The position numbers and the translations under genes are program-made. The notes beneath the pieces were generated by a model that made no database searches, was not told the DNA's origin, and saw only the letters and a program-made list of their open reading frames with translations. A stretch of DNA of 64,000 bases from an uncultured Aliarcobacter sp. (GTDB lineage: Bacteria; Campylobacterota; Campylobacteria; Campylobacterales; Arcobacteraceae), in contig CAXXLV010000001.1 of the NCBI GenBank assembly GCA_963664305.2, positions 704,001-768,000 on the forward strand, given 5' to 3'. The stretch's first letter is position 1; each line of letters starts with the position of its first letter. Positions 1 through 10,758 of this stretch are shown piece after piece.

Positions 1-122
1 TATAATCTTCTCCCTTTTGAATAATTTTTGATAAAACTATTTTTTATTATGCAAATTTTTCTTTTTTTCTCAACATTGAAGCTAAAGCTTCAAGTTTCGC
101 TTAAGAAAAACTTATTCTATTA

Positions 123-1937
123 TTAAGCGAACTTCTCTTTTTTTGCAGTTCTTTTTCTAACTGTTGGGTCTAATTCTCTTTTTCTTACTCTTACAGATAA
201 AGGAGTTACTTCAACTAATTCATCATCTTCAATCCACTCTAAAGCATTTTCTAAAGACATTGTTCTTGGTGGAACTAATTTAATAGCTTCATCAGCACCT
301 GAAGATCTAACGTTTGATTGAGCTTTTCCTTTAATAGGATTTACATCTAAATCGTTATCTTTTGCGTGTTGACCAATAACCATACCAACATATACTTTAT
401 CTTGAGGTTTAATGAACATTACACCTCTATCTTGTAAGTTGAAAATTGAATAACCTAAAGCTTCTCCATTTTCCATAGATACTAAAGCTCCATATTTTCT
501 AGATTCAACTGTTCCTGAATATGGTCTGAATTCTAAGAATGAGTGATTCATAACACCCTCACCTTTTGTTTCAGTTAAGAATTCTGTTCTAATACCGATT
601 AATCCTCTTGCTGGAATTTCAAACTCAAGTCTTGTATAACCTTCACCCATTGGTACCATGTTAGTCATAGTAGCTTTTCTTTTTCCAAGTTTTTCAATAA
701 TTGCACCTGAAAATTCATCTGGTAAGTCAATTACTAAATGTTCAAATGGCTCCATTTTAACACCATTTTCTTCTCTAATAATAACTTCTGGTCTTCCTAT
801 ACAGAACTCAAAACCTTCTCTTCTCATATTTTCAGCAAGAATAGTAATTTGAAGCTCACCTCTTCCGTTAACTTTAAATTTACCTTCACCAATTTGCTCA
901 TAACCCATAGCAATATTAGTGTTCATTTCTGCTTTTAATCTCTCATCAATTTTGTTTGAAGTAACAAATTTACCTTCTGTTCCTGCTAATGGAGAATCAT
1001 TAACTGCAAAAGTAACAGATAAAGTTGGCTCTTCAATATGCATTGGGTCAAGTGGCATTGGATTTGCTGGGTCACATAAAGAATCTCCAACATCAATTGT
1101 TTCAAAACCAGCAACAGCACAAATATCACCTGCACCAGCAGTTTTAATATCTATTCTTTCTAAACCTTTAAATCCAATAAGTTTAGAAACTCTTCCTTTT
1201 ACTTTTTCTCCATCTGCTTTACATAATAAAACTGTTTCACCTTGAGAAATTGTTCCATTAAAAATTCTAGCGATTCCGATTTTTCCAATGAAGTTATCAT
1301 AATCTAAAGTAAATACTTGAAGTTGTAATCCATTTTCATCATCACCTTGTGGTTTTGGAACTTCTTTTAAAATAGTTTCAAATAATGGTTTTAAATCCAT
1401 ATTTCCATCATTTGCATCATATCTAGCATATCCATCTCTTGCTGCTGCATAAATAACTGGGAATTCTAATTGCTCTTCGTTTGCATCCATTTGTGCGAAT
1501 AAGTCAAATACCTCATCAACAACTCTATCTGGCTCAGCTGCTGGTTTATCAATTTTATTTACAACAACGATTGGTCTGTGTCCTAAAGATAATGCTTTTT
1601 TAACAACGAATTTTGTTTGTGGCATTACTCCTTCTTGTGCATCAACAAGAAGTAAAACAGAGTCAACCATTTTTAAAACCCTCTCAACTTCTCCACCAAA
1701 ATCGGCGTGTCCTGGAGTGTCAATAATGTTAATTCTTACACCTTCGTAATCAATAGCTGTATTTTTAGAAAGGATTGTAATCCCTCTTTCTTTTTCGATA
1801 GCATTACTATCCATAACTCTTTCATCAACATTTTGATGTGAAGAAAAAGTTCCTGATTGTTTTAGTAATTCATCAACTAGTGTTGTTTTACCGTGGTCAA
1901 CGTGTGCAATTACTGCGATATTTCTAATGTCTCTCAT
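123..1937 (-). CDS. typA: Translational GTPase TypA/BipA
   Basis: [17 protein letters not shown]1, [18 protein letters not shown], and the C-terminal BipA domain ([18 protein letters not shown]). Confidence 0.97.
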   Translation of the reverse strand: MRDIRNIAVIAHVDHGKTTLVDELLKQSGTFSSHQNVDERVMDSNAIEKERGITILSKNTAIDYEGVRINIIDTPGHADFGGEVERVLKMVDSVLLLVDAQEGVMPQTKFVVKKALSLGHRPIVVVNKIDKPAAEPDRVVDEVFDLFAQMDANEEQLEFPVIYAAARDGYARYDANDGNMDLKPLFETILKEVPKPQGDDENGLQLQVFTLDYDNFIGKIGIARIFNGTISQGETVLLCKADGEKVKGRVSKLIGFKGLERIDIKTAGAGDICAVAGFETIDVGDSLCDPANPMPLDPMHIEEPTLSVTFAVNDSPLAGTEGKFVTSNKIDERLKAEMNTNIAMGYEQIGEGKFKVNGRGELQITILAENMRREGFEFCIGRPEVIIREENGVKMEPFEHLVIDLPDEFSGAIIEKLGKRKATMTNMVPMGEGYTRLEFEIPARGLIGIRTEFLTETKGEGVMNHSFLEFRPYSGTVESRKYGALVSMENGEALGYSIFNLQDRGVMFIKPQDKVYVGMVIGQHAKDNDLDVNPIKGKAQSNVRSSGADEAIKLVPPRTMSLENALEWIEDDELVEVTPLSVRVRKRELDPTVRKRTAKKEKFA

Positions 1938-2031
1938 TGGTTCTCTTTATTTAAATTTTCGCGATTATACTAAATTTTAGCTTAAATACAGATATTCACA
2001 TAAAATTTAAAAATATGAAAGATGAACAAAA

Positions 2032-2075
2032 ATTCATATTACATTCATCTTTTATTCATCAATTTAATATATACT
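2032..2075 (+). promoter_or_regulatory. Triple ATTCAT direct repeat (11-bp period) plus TATACT -10 upstream of eptA; OmpR-family type binding site
   Basis: ATTCAT starts at 2032, 2043 and 2054; TATACT at 2070-2075. Confidence 0.55.
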
Positions 2076-2104
2076 TTCATAAAATTATTTTATAAAGGCA
2101 AATT

Positions 2105-3724
2105 TTGAAGAAACTTTCTCAATATAAACTAATAATATTAAGTGCAATATTTTTTGCAATATTTTATAATTACTCTTTTTTTACAAACGTTGTAAAAACT
2201 TATGGATTTGAGAGTTATAATAAAATTTATGTAATTTCTACTTTTATATTATTAATTAGTTTTCTAACTCTATTTTTCACAATATTAAGTTCGAAATATA
2301 CAACTAAACCTATTTTATTAACTACAATTGTTATATCTGCATTTACTGCATATTTTATGGATACATATCATGTAGTTATAGATAGTGAAATGATTAGAAA
2401 TAGTTTACAAACTAATCTTGCTGAATCTTCTGACTTATTCAGCTTTAAACTTGTTTTATATATATTCTTTTTGGCAATTATTCCTAGTTATTTTATTTAT
2501 AAAATAAAAATTGAATATAAGCCATTTAAACAAGAATTATTAGCAAAATTAAAAACTATTGTTTTATCTATTATGGTAATTCTAATTATTCTATTTAGTT
2601 TTAATAAATTTTATACATCTTTTTTTAGAGAACATAAACCTTTAAGATTTAATGTAAATCCTATTTATTGGATATATAGTATTGGAGACTATATCAATAA
2701 ATCTATAAATAGTGGACCTATTGTTTTAAAAGAGATAGGGCTTGATGCAAAAATAATTCCCGAAAAAACAAATGATGGAAATATAAAAAGAGAGTTAATA
2801 ATAATGGTTGTTGGAGAAGCTGCACGTGCTGATAGATTTTCTTTAAATGGTTATGAAAAAGAGACTAATCCATTATTAAAAAAAGAAGATATTATAAATT
2901 TCTCAAACATGTATTCATGTGGAACTGCAACTGCTCAATCAGTTCCATGTATGTTCTCTATTTTTGATAAGGCGGATTATGATTATAAAAAAGGAATTTC
3001 AACACAAAATGTATTAGATGTTTTAAATCATACTAAGGATGTTAACATTTTATGGAGAGATAATAACTCTGATTCAAAAGGAGTTGCATTAAGAGTTGAT
3101 TTTGAAGATTATCGAACTTCACAAACAAATACAATGTGTGATGATGTAGAATGTAGAGATGAAGGAATGATAGTAGGTCTTGATGAATATATCAAAAATC
3201 ACAAAGATAAAGATATATTAATAGTTCTTCATCAAATGGGAAATCATGGACCTGCATATTATAAAAGATATCCAAAAGAGTTTGAAAAATTCACTCCAGT
3301 TTGTAAAACAAATCAACTTGAAGAGTGTACACAAGAAGAAGTAAGTAATGCCTATGATAATGCGATTTTATATACTGATTATTTCTTATCAAAAGTAATC
3401 AACTTCTTAAAACCATACTCAAATGATTATGAAACAGCTATGCTTTATATGAGTGACCATGGAGAAAGTTTAGGTGAAAATGGATTATATTTACATGGAA
3501 TGCCATATATGATTGCACCAATTGAACAAAAACATATTGGTTCACTCCTATGGATAGGTGATGGAATGAAAAAAGAGATAGATATGGAAAAATTGAATTC
3601 TTATAAAAATAAAGAGTTCTCTCAAGATGATTTATTTCACACTCTTTTAGGATTTTTTGAAGTAAAAACAGAAGTTTATAAAAAAGATATGGATATTTTA
3701 AATGACGCAAGAAAACCTGAATAG
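2105..3724 (+). CDS. eptA: Phosphoethanolamine-lipid A transferase (EptA/EptC family)
   Basis: Five N-terminal TM helices, VVGEAAR, SCGTATAQSVPCMFS, HQMGNHGPAY, YDNAILYTD, SDHGESLGENGLYLHG; TTG start. Confidence 0.92.
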   Translation: MKKLSQYKLIILSAIFFAIFYNYSFFTNVVKTYGFESYNKIYVISTFILLISFLTLFFTILSSKYTTKPILLTTIVISAFTAYFMDTYHVVIDSEMIRNSLQTNLAESSDLFSFKLVLYIFFLAIIPSYFIYKIKIEYKPFKQELLAKLKTIVLSIMVILIILFSFNKFYTSFFREHKPLRFNVNPIYWIYSIGDYINKSINSGPIVLKEIGLDAKIIPEKTNDGNIKRELIIMVVGEAARADRFSLNGYEKETNPLLKKEDIINFSNMYSCGTATAQSVPCMFSIFDKADYDYKKGISTQNVLDVLNHTKDVNILWRDNNSDSKGVALRVDFEDYRTSQTNTMCDDVECRDEGMIVGLDEYIKNHKDKDILIVLHQMGNHGPAYYKRYPKEFEKFTPVCKTNQLEECTQEEVSNAYDNAILYTDYFLSKVINFLKPYSNDYETAMLYMSDHGESLGENGLYLHGMPYMIAPIEQKHIGSLLWIGDGMKKEIDMEKLNSYKNKEFSQDDLFHTLLGFFEVKTEVYKKDMDILNDARKPE

Positions 3725-4412
3725 ACAGATTTTAATTACAACTATTTTATTAATAGTTGTAATCTGTCTATTCCAATTTACAAATCTTGATATTTATATT
3801 CAATCAACTTTTTATGATTTTGATACAAAAAGTTGGTTTATAAATAAAGATGAACCTATATTAAAATTCTTTTTATATGATGGGTTAAAAAAAGCTATTA
3901 TTATTTTTAATGTTTTAATATTAATAGCTTTACTATTTTTTAGAAAAAAGCAAATAGTTCAAGAGTATAAAAAAGGTCTTTTAATAGTTTTACTTTCAGC
4001 TATTTTTATTCCAAGTATCATTGGGAGTTTAAAAGCTATTACAAATACTCCTTGTCCTTGTAATATTGTAAAATTTGGAGGAACTTATCCTGAAAAAAAA
4101 GTTTTTGATTCATTTCCTTCAGATTTTGTACAAACTTCAAAAGCAAAATGTTGGCCAGCAGGTCATGCTAGTGGTGGCTTTGCTTTAATGTCACTATTTT
4201 TCTTATTTAAAAAACCAAAACATCAAAAAATTGCTCTTATAGGAACAATAATTTTAGCTTGGAGTATGGGAAACTATAAAATGCTTTTAGGGGACCATTT
4301 TTTAAGTCATACTATAATCACTATGCTTTTAGCTTGGATTATTATTCTAATAATTGTAAAATTCATTTCATTTAGACAAAAGGAAATTCTTGAGAAACCA
4401 ACCAAAATATAA
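3702..4412 (+). CDS. PAP2-family membrane phosphatase
   Basis: K..T..PCP, CWPAGHASGG and GDHFLSH motifs; hydrophobic; commonly linked with eptA and dgkA. Confidence 0.85.
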   Translation: MTQENLNRQILITTILLIVVICLFQFTNLDIYIQSTFYDFDTKSWFINKDEPILKFFLYDGLKKAIIIFNVLILIALLFFRKKQIVQEYKKGLLIVLLSAIFIPSIIGSLKAITNTPCPCNIVKFGGTYPEKKVFDSFPSDFVQTSKAKCWPAGHASGGFALMSLFFLFKKPKHQKIALIGTIILAWSMGNYKMLLGDHFLSHTIITMLLAWIIILIIVKFISFRQKEILEKPTKI

Positions 4413-4749
4413 TTTTTTTAAAAATACATCTTATGCATTAAAAGGATTAGTTGATTTAATAAAAACGGAAACTTCATTTAAAATTGAGTTGATTATAACT
4501 CTTATTTTATTACCCGTTATCATCTTTATTGATACAACTTTGACAAACAAAGCTTTAATGTTTATTACCTTAATGGGTATGATATTAGCAGAAACAACAA
4601 ATAGTGCAATTGAACGTGTTGTTGATTTAGTAACTTTAGAACATCATGATATGGCAGGACGAGCGAAAGATGTTGGTAGTGCAATTGTGTTTTTAAGTAT
4701 TTTTATTTTTGTTATTACTTGGCTTATTATTTTAATAGATATTTTTTAA
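4390..4749 (+). CDS. dgkA: Diacylglycerol kinase
   Basis: ETTNSAIERVVDL...AGRAKDVGSA motif, three TM helices. Confidence 0.9.
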   Translation: MRNQPKYNFFKNTSYALKGLVDLIKTETSFKIELIITLILLPVIIFIDTTLTNKALMFITLMGMILAETTNSAIERVVDLVTLEHHDMAGRAKDVGSAIVFLSIFIFVITWLIILIDIF

Positions 4750-4752
4750 ACT

Positions 4753-4770
4753 TTGTCAAGAAATTGTCAA
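4753..4770 (+). promoter_or_regulatory. TTGTCAA direct repeat (11-bp period), probable OmpR/PhoB-type regulator site for the cytochrome operon
   Basis: TTGTCAA at 4753-4759 and 4764-4770, about 70 bp upstream of the 4838 start. Confidence 0.55.
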
Positions 4771-4837
4771 TTAACTTCACAACAAAAATTTAAACTATTC
4801 CTCTAAACTTCTAATAATAAAAATATTAGGAGGAATT

Positions 4838-5239
4838 ATGAAAGCTTTAATTATTACAGCTTTAGTTGCAAGTCTTGGTTTTAGTGCAACAGTTGATGAC
4901 TACTTAAACTCTCTAAAACAAGAAGTTTTAAAAGAGAATCCATCTTTTAAAGGTTTTGATGTAAAAAGAGGTGAAGAGATTTTCACTTCAAAACATATAG
5001 GGAAAAAAGGGAAAGAGATTTCATGTACAAGTTGTCATGGAACAAATTTACAAAAATCTGGAGAAAATATCTTTACAGCAAAAGTTATAGAACCACTTTC
5101 TCCAAAAGCTAATAAAGAGAGATTTACAGATGTTGCTACTATTGAAAAATGGATGAAAAGAAACTTCAATGACGTTTACAATCGTGAAGGAACAGCACTT
5201 GAAAAAGGTGATGTAACTACATACATCATAAATCAATAA
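4838..5239 (+). CDS. Secreted monoheme cytochrome c (DUF1924/SHP-like)
   Basis: Signal peptide, CTSCH, RFTD..IEKW.KRN..DV..REGT..EKGD; precedes a diheme cytochrome and cytochrome b as in SHP operons. Confidence 0.8.
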   Translation: MKALIITALVASLGFSATVDDYLNSLKQEVLKENPSFKGFDVKRGEEIFTSKHIGKKGKEISCTSCHGTNLQKSGENIFTAKVIEPLSPKANKERFTDVATIEKWMKRNFNDVYNREGTALEKGDVTTYIINQ

Positions 5240-5249
5240 AGGATAAAAA

Positions 5250-5762
5250 ATGAAATATTTAATTTTTTTAGGTTTAATGATAAACGCTCTATTTGCTGAA
5301 GGATATTCTTCAACACCAGATGTAGCACCTGTTAAAAATGATTTATATATAAAAGAGTGTGGAAGTTGTCACTTCCCTTATCAACCAGGATTACTTCCAA
5401 GTAATGCGTGGAATAAAATGATGGCAAATTTAGATAATCACTTTAATAGTGATGCAACACTTGATGATAAAACTTTTCAAACTTTATCAAAATATTTAAA
5501 TGATAATAGTGCAGAAAAAAATATGCAATATAAAAGAAGTAATAGAATTGTTTCTAGTTTAAGTCCAAATCAAATACCTGATTCTATTTCTACTACACCT
5601 TATATGGTAAAAAAACACAGAGAAATTAGAAAAGATTTAATTACTCAAAAAGAGGTAAAAGGTCTATTTAACTGTATAGCTTGTCATACAACTGCTGATA
5701 AGGGAATATATAGTGAAAGAGATATAAAAATCCCAAATTTTGGTAGATGGGAAGATGATTAA
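5250..5762 (+). CDS. Diheme cytochrome c (DHC)
   Basis: Signal peptide, ECGSCH.PY.PGLLP..W...M..L.NHF and NCIACH. Confidence 0.88.
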   Translation: MKYLIFLGLMINALFAEGYSSTPDVAPVKNDLYIKECGSCHFPYQPGLLPSNAWNKMMANLDNHFNSDATLDDKTFQTLSKYLNDNSAEKNMQYKRSNRIVSSLSPNQIPDSISTTPYMVKKHREIRKDLITQKEVKGLFNCIACHTTADKGIYSERDIKIPNFGRWEDD

Positions 5763-5772
5763 AGGATAAATC

Positions 5773-6889
5773 ATGGAGAAATCATATATTTGGTCACTGC
5801 CAACAAGAGTTTTTCACTCTTTGTTTGCAGTTTTTATATTGTTAGCATATTTAACAGATGATGATAAATTATTGAATTATCACGCTGTTATTGGTTATGC
5901 AATATTAATTCTTTTGATTTTTAGAGTTTGTTGGGGCTTTTTTGGGCCTAAATATTCAAGATTTAAAGATTTTCCAATAGGTAAAAAAAATGTAAAAGAA
6001 TTTTTAAATAATCTTTTTGAAGAAAATCAAAAATATCTAGGACATAATCCACTTGCTTCTTATGTAATGATAGCTATGCTTGTAGTTGTATTTCTAACAA
6101 TATTTACAGGTGTTTTAGCTTTTGGGATACAAGAAGGAAAAGGAATATTATCTTTTTTAAACAACTCTTATTTCAAAGAGATGAAACTATTTAAAGAGAT
6201 TCATGAAATATTAGCAAATATTCTTATTGCTTTAATTGTTGCTCACGTAAGTGGTGTGATTGTAGATAGATTTTTACATAAAAAACATGAAACATTAAAC
6301 TCAATCGTTACAGGTTATAAAGTAACAAATGAAAATGAAAATATTAAACTAAATATTTTTCAAAAACTTTTTGCTCTGCTAATGTTTGTTCTGTTTATAG
6401 GATTTTTAGTATTTAATTTAATAGAGCCAAAAAATGTTCTTATTGCTTCAAAGTTTGAACCAATAGATTATAAAACACAAAATGAAGTTTTTGTAACCGA
6501 GTGTGGAAGTTGCCATACTCTGTATCCCTCCCAATCTTTTGCCTAAAAAATCATGGGAACTTATCATGGGTGATTTAGAAAATCATTTTGGAGATGATGC
6601 TTCACTTGATGTTGAAACAAACAAAAATATATTGGCTTTTTTAGTAAAAAATAGTGCAGAAACTTCTACGATGCAAGCTAGTTGGAATTTTTTAAATTCG
6701 ATTGGAAATAAAGATATAATAGCGTTAAGCCAAACTGATTATTGGAAAAGAAAACATAAAGAGATTCCAAAAGAGATTTTTGAAAATGAAAAAATCAAAA
6801 GCCAAGCAAACTGTAAAGCTTGTCATAGTGATATAGAAAAAGGATTAATTGAAAATGAAAATATTAAAAATATTTCTGATTTTAAGTAG
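5773..6889 (+). pseudogene. Cytochrome b / diheme cytochrome c fusion, split by a one-base insertion at ~6526-6528 (or a sequencing error)
   Basis: Cytochrome b domain (TRVFH, GHNPLA, EIHE, AHV) runs into ECGSCHTLYP, then the frame shifts; removing one C restores YPPNLLPKKSW...NCKACH in the 6503-6889 frame. Confidence 0.85.
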
Positions 6890-7238
6890 TCTACTTTTAG
6901 TTCTAAATGCTGATGAAGATAAACATAAACACTCTTACAAGAATCTTGATTATTTAGATTTAAATGACTCTCAAGTAAAAGCTATAAAAAAAGCTTTACT
7001 TGAATTGAAAAAAGATTATAAAAATTTTTATGAATACAAAGATGAACAAGAACATATTTTAGAAAATATTATAGAAGCTGAAAATTTTAATGATGAATTA
7101 TATTATAAAACTTTAATAGATTTAAAAACAAAAGCAGCAAAACTTGAGATTGAAAGAATAAAAAGAATACATGAAATTTTAGATGAAAAACAAAGAAAAA
7201 AATTTGCTGATTATCTAGAGGAGTGGGAAATTGAATAA
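6855..7238 (+). CDS. Periplasmic Spy/CpxP-like helical protein
   Basis: Signal peptide, LDLNDSQ...ILDEKQRKK (LTxxQ-like motifs), directly upstream of a two-component system; ATG at 6855. Confidence 0.6.
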   Translation: MKILKIFLILSSLLLVLNADEDKHKHSYKNLDYLDLNDSQVKAIKKALLELKKDYKNFYEYKDEQEHILENIIEAENFNDELYYKTLIDLKTKAAKLEIERIKRIHEILDEKQRKKFADYLEEWEIE

Positions 7239-7893
7239 AAAAGTTTTATTGATTGAAGATGATTTACAAATGCAAAAATTCATAATCGAATATTTAAAAG
7301 ATTATGGATTTGATTGTACTGCTTTTGACCAACCTAAAGATGCAATTGAAAATTTTAAAGAAAACGATTATTCAATCATAATTCTTGATTTGATGCTTCC
7401 TGAAATGGATGGTTTTGATTTATTTAAGAAATTAAAACAAATCAGAAATACTCCAATAATTATCTCAAGTGCAAGAGGAGATATTGGAAATAAAATCCAT
7501 GGTTTTGAACTAGGAGCAGATGATTATCTTGCAAAACCTTATGAACCAAGAGAATTAGTTTTAAGAATTGAACATATTTTGAAAAAAAGTTTTAATAAAA
7601 CTATGAATATTGGTGATTTTGTAATTGACAAGGAAAATCGTACAGTTTTTATGGATAATTATCCTATTGATTTTACAAAAATTGAATTTGAGATTTTTCT
7701 ATTTTTAATTGAAAATCAGAATAAAATCTCTTCAAGAGAGCAAATTTTAAATGCAACTTCTTTAGATATCAATACAAAAAACAGAACAATTGATATGCAT
7801 ATTTCAAACATTAGATATAAGATTGGTGATGATTCAAAAAATCCAAAATATATCAAATCTGTTTGGGGTATAGGTTACAAATTTGTAGGTTAA
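7231..7893 (+). CDS. OmpR-family response regulator
   Basis: Receiver (LIEDD, LDLMLP, GADDYLAKP) plus winged HTH (RTIDMHISNIR, SVWGIGYKF). Confidence 0.93.
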   Translation: MNKKVLLIEDDLQMQKFIIEYLKDYGFDCTAFDQPKDAIENFKENDYSIIILDLMLPEMDGFDLFKKLKQIRNTPIIISSARGDIGNKIHGFELGADDYLAKPYEPRELVLRIEHILKKSFNKTMNIGDFVIDKENRTVFMDNYPIDFTKIEFEIFLFLIENQNKISSREQILNATSLDINTKNRTIDMHISNIRYKIGDDSKNPKYIKSVWGIGYKFVG

Positions 7894-7894
7894 A

Positions 7895-9085
7895 ATGTCA
7901 ATATTAAAAAAAATATCTTTTCTATTTATTATAAGTTTAGTCTTAATGACTATTATTGGTTCTTGGATTGATAATATCAATTCAAAAAGAATGGATAATC
8001 TTGTAAAAGAAAAATACCTAAAAGTAATAGAAGATATTTTTAGAAATATTGAAAATAAAAACTATATAAATTCAGTTTTTCAAAAAAATCAACTTGAACT
8101 TTTAAAAGATTTTGAACAATCAAATGAAGAGATAATTTATGAACAAAACTATACTTTAGGGCATATTATTATTCTAAAAAAATCTTTTGGTGATGAGTTT
8201 ATAATAAGAATAAAATATTTAGATGAAGAGTATATTTTAAAAACTCCCGATGAACAAAATCTAAATGACAAAACTATTTTAAATCTTCTTGTATTTTTGG
8301 ATATATTTACTCTTTTATTGATTTTTTTATATATCATAAAACTTTTATCTCCACTAAAAACTATAACTAAAGAGATAACAAATTTTGCTTCTGGTGATTT
8401 ATCAACAAGAATAAATATAAAATCAAAAGATGAGATAGGAACTTTAGCAAACACTTTTAATAGTATGGCTACTTCATTAGAAAACTCTATAAAAACAAGA
8501 GAAGAACTTTTAAGAGATATTGGGCATGAACTAAGAACTCCAATAGCAAAAGGAAAATTTGCTATTGAAAAAATAGATGATTTTTCTCAAAAAGAGTTAC
8601 TTAAAAAGATTTTTTCTGATTTAGAAACTCTAACAAATGAATTGATTGAATTAGAAAAATTAAATCTTGCCAAATTAAATATAACAACATTTAGTGCAGA
8701 AACTTTAGTTTTAGAATCATTAGGAAAATTATATTTGGAAGATGAATCAAAAATAGAAATAGAAATAAATGAAGATTTTAAAATAAATGCCGATTTATAT
8801 TATCTTTCAATTGCCGTAAAAAATCTAATTGATAATGCTTTAAAATATGCAACTTCATTCCCAATAATCATAAAAGTAAATAAAAATGAACTATCTATTT
8901 CAAATAAAGGAAAACAACTCTCTAAAGAGTTTGAATATTATTTAAAACCTTTTACCCAAGAGTTATCTCAAAGGGATGGTTTTGGTTTAGGATTAAGTAT
9001 TGTAAAAAAAATTATCGATAAACATAACTTCCAACTTTTATACTCTTACAAAGATGATTTTAATATTTTTCAAATCAAACTATAA
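7895..9085 (+). CDS. Sensor histidine kinase (ArsS-like, HAMP)
   Basis: Two TM helices, HAMP, GHELRTP H-box, NLIDNALKY N-box, GFGLGLSIV. Confidence 0.92.
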   Translation: MSILKKISFLFIISLVLMTIIGSWIDNINSKRMDNLVKEKYLKVIEDIFRNIENKNYINSVFQKNQLELLKDFEQSNEEIIYEQNYTLGHIIILKKSFGDEFIIRIKYLDEEYILKTPDEQNLNDKTILNLLVFLDIFTLLLIFLYIIKLLSPLKTITKEITNFASGDLSTRINIKSKDEIGTLANTFNSMATSLENSIKTREELLRDIGHELRTPIAKGKFAIEKIDDFSQKELLKKIFSDLETLTNELIELEKLNLAKLNITTFSAETLVLESLGKLYLEDESKIEIEINEDFKINADLYYLSIAVKNLIDNALKYATSFPIIIKVNKNELSISNKGKQLSKEFEYYLKPFTQELSQRDGFGLGLSIVKKIIDKHNFQLLYSYKDDFNIFQIKL

Positions 9086-9282
9086 AATTATTGGTAAATA
9101 ATATTTTACTTTTTCAATCATTATTAAGTAAGATTTGATTATTATTCCTCCAAGATTTGTGGTACAAATAGAGATATATAAATTATTTTAATCTCATCAA
9201 TTAATCAGGATAGTCATACTTTTAGACTCATAAAAGTTTTATCCAATTTCAAAATTAAAACATATTGTCAGGAGAATATTGA

Positions 9283-10485
9283 ATGAATTATTTCAATCAA
9301 TTTAAGCAAAACTATTTAGTTAGTTTTTGGCGTCCAATGCCTGCAGTTATTGCACTTGGTGTATTAGCAGCTTACTATTTTGGTATTACTGGAACTTATT
9401 GGGCCGTAACTGGTGAATTTACTCGTTGGGGTGGACATATTTTACAATTTGCTGGTGTTGATATAAGCAATTGGGGTTACTACAAAATCATGAAAATGGA
9501 AGGAACTTCCCTAACTCGTGTTGATGGAGTAATGATTATAGGTATGTTTGCTGGTTGTATTGCTGCTGCATTTTGGGGAAATAATGTAAAACTTAGAATG
9601 CCTGCTAGTAATATAAGAATTGCTCAAGCTTTAATAGGTGGAATAATTGCTGGATTTGGAGCAAGACTTGGAATGGGTTGTAATCTTGCTAGTTTATTTA
9701 CTGGTATTCCTCAATTTTCTCTTCATGCATGGTTTTTTACACTTGCGATGATTATTGGTGTTTATTTAGGAACAAAAGTAACAATGCTTCCTTTTTTCCA
9801 ATCAAAGATTAAATTACAAAAAGTTTCTTGTACTAAAGAATTAAATAAAGACAAAGAAAATGTTAAATCATTATTTACAATTGGTACTTTGGTATTTGTT
9901 GCTATGATTGCTTGGGCTTTATATCTAATATTCTTTGCAAATAGCCAAAAACTTGGTATTGCAATGCTATTTGGAAGTGCGTTTGGTTTATTAATTGCAA
10001 AAGCTCAAATTTGTTTTACTTCAGCATTTAGAGATATTTTCACAACAGGAAGAAGTGAATTAGCAATCGCAATTGTAATTGGTATGGCTGTTTCAACTAT
10101 TGGTGTATTTAGTTATATCATGATTGGCTCTCCTGCAAAAATTATGTGGACTGGACCAAATGCAATTCTTGGTGGATTATTATTTGGTTTTGGTATTGTT
10201 CTTGCTGGTGGTTGTGAATGTGGATGGATGTATAGAGCTGTTGAAGGACAAGTTCATTTCTGGATAGTTGGAATTGGAAATGTTATTGGAGCAACTTTAC
10301 TTGCATTTACTTGGGATAGTTTCTCTTTATCAATGGCAACAAGTTGGCCAAAAATAAATCTATTAGAATCTTTTGGTTCATATGGTGGATTATTTATGAA
10401 CTATATTCTTTTATTCTTACTATTTTTATTAATTCTAAAACTAGAAAAGAATTATCGATTAAAATTACAAAATAAAGGAAATTAA
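9283..10485 (+). CDS. yedE: YedE/FdhT-family selenium/sulfur transport membrane protein
   Basis: WAVTGEFTRWGG, GARLGMGCNLA, QICFTSAFRD, AGGCECGWMYRAVEG. Confidence 0.9.
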   Translation: MNYFNQFKQNYLVSFWRPMPAVIALGVLAAYYFGITGTYWAVTGEFTRWGGHILQFAGVDISNWGYYKIMKMEGTSLTRVDGVMIIGMFAGCIAAAFWGNNVKLRMPASNIRIAQALIGGIIAGFGARLGMGCNLASLFTGIPQFSLHAWFFTLAMIIGVYLGTKVTMLPFFQSKIKLQKVSCTKELNKDKENVKSLFTIGTLVFVAMIAWALYLIFFANSQKLGIAMLFGSAFGLLIAKAQICFTSAFRDIFTTGRSELAIAIVIGMAVSTIGVFSYIMIGSPAKIMWTGPNAILGGLLFGFGIVLAGGCECGWMYRAVEGQVHFWIVGIGNVIGATLLAFTWDSFSLSMATSWPKINLLESFGSYGGLFMNYILLFLLFLLILKLEKNYRLKLQNKGN

Positions 10486-10489
10486 TCTT

Positions 10490-10726
10490 ATGAAAGAAAA
10501 TATAATTCCAGATTATAGACTTGATATGCAAGGTGAACCTTGCCCATATCCAGCTGTAAAAACTTTAGAAGCAATGGAAAGTTTAAAAGAAGGCGAAATA
10601 TTAGAGATAATCAGTGATTGTCCACAAAGTATAAATAATATTCCTATTGATGCAAAAAATCATGGATATAAAGTATTAAAAATTGATAGTAGTGGTCCTA
10701 CTATTCAATATCTAATTCAAAAATAG
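10490..10726 (+). CDS. yedF: YedF/FdhU TusA-family sulfurtransferase-like protein
   Basis: LDMQGEPCPYP and SDCPQS motifs, directly after yedE. Confidence 0.9.
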   Translation: MKENIIPDYRLDMQGEPCPYPAVKTLEAMESLKEGEILEIISDCPQSINNIPIDAKNHGYKVLKIDSSGPTIQYLIQK

Positions 10727-10733
10727 ATTTTTG

Positions 10734-10757
10734 ACATAAACCTTTTTAGGTTTATGT
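10734..10757. terminator. Probable bidirectional terminator hairpin
   Basis: ACATAAACCT-TTTT-AGGTTTATGT between convergent genes. Confidence 0.7.
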
Positions 10758-10758
10758 T

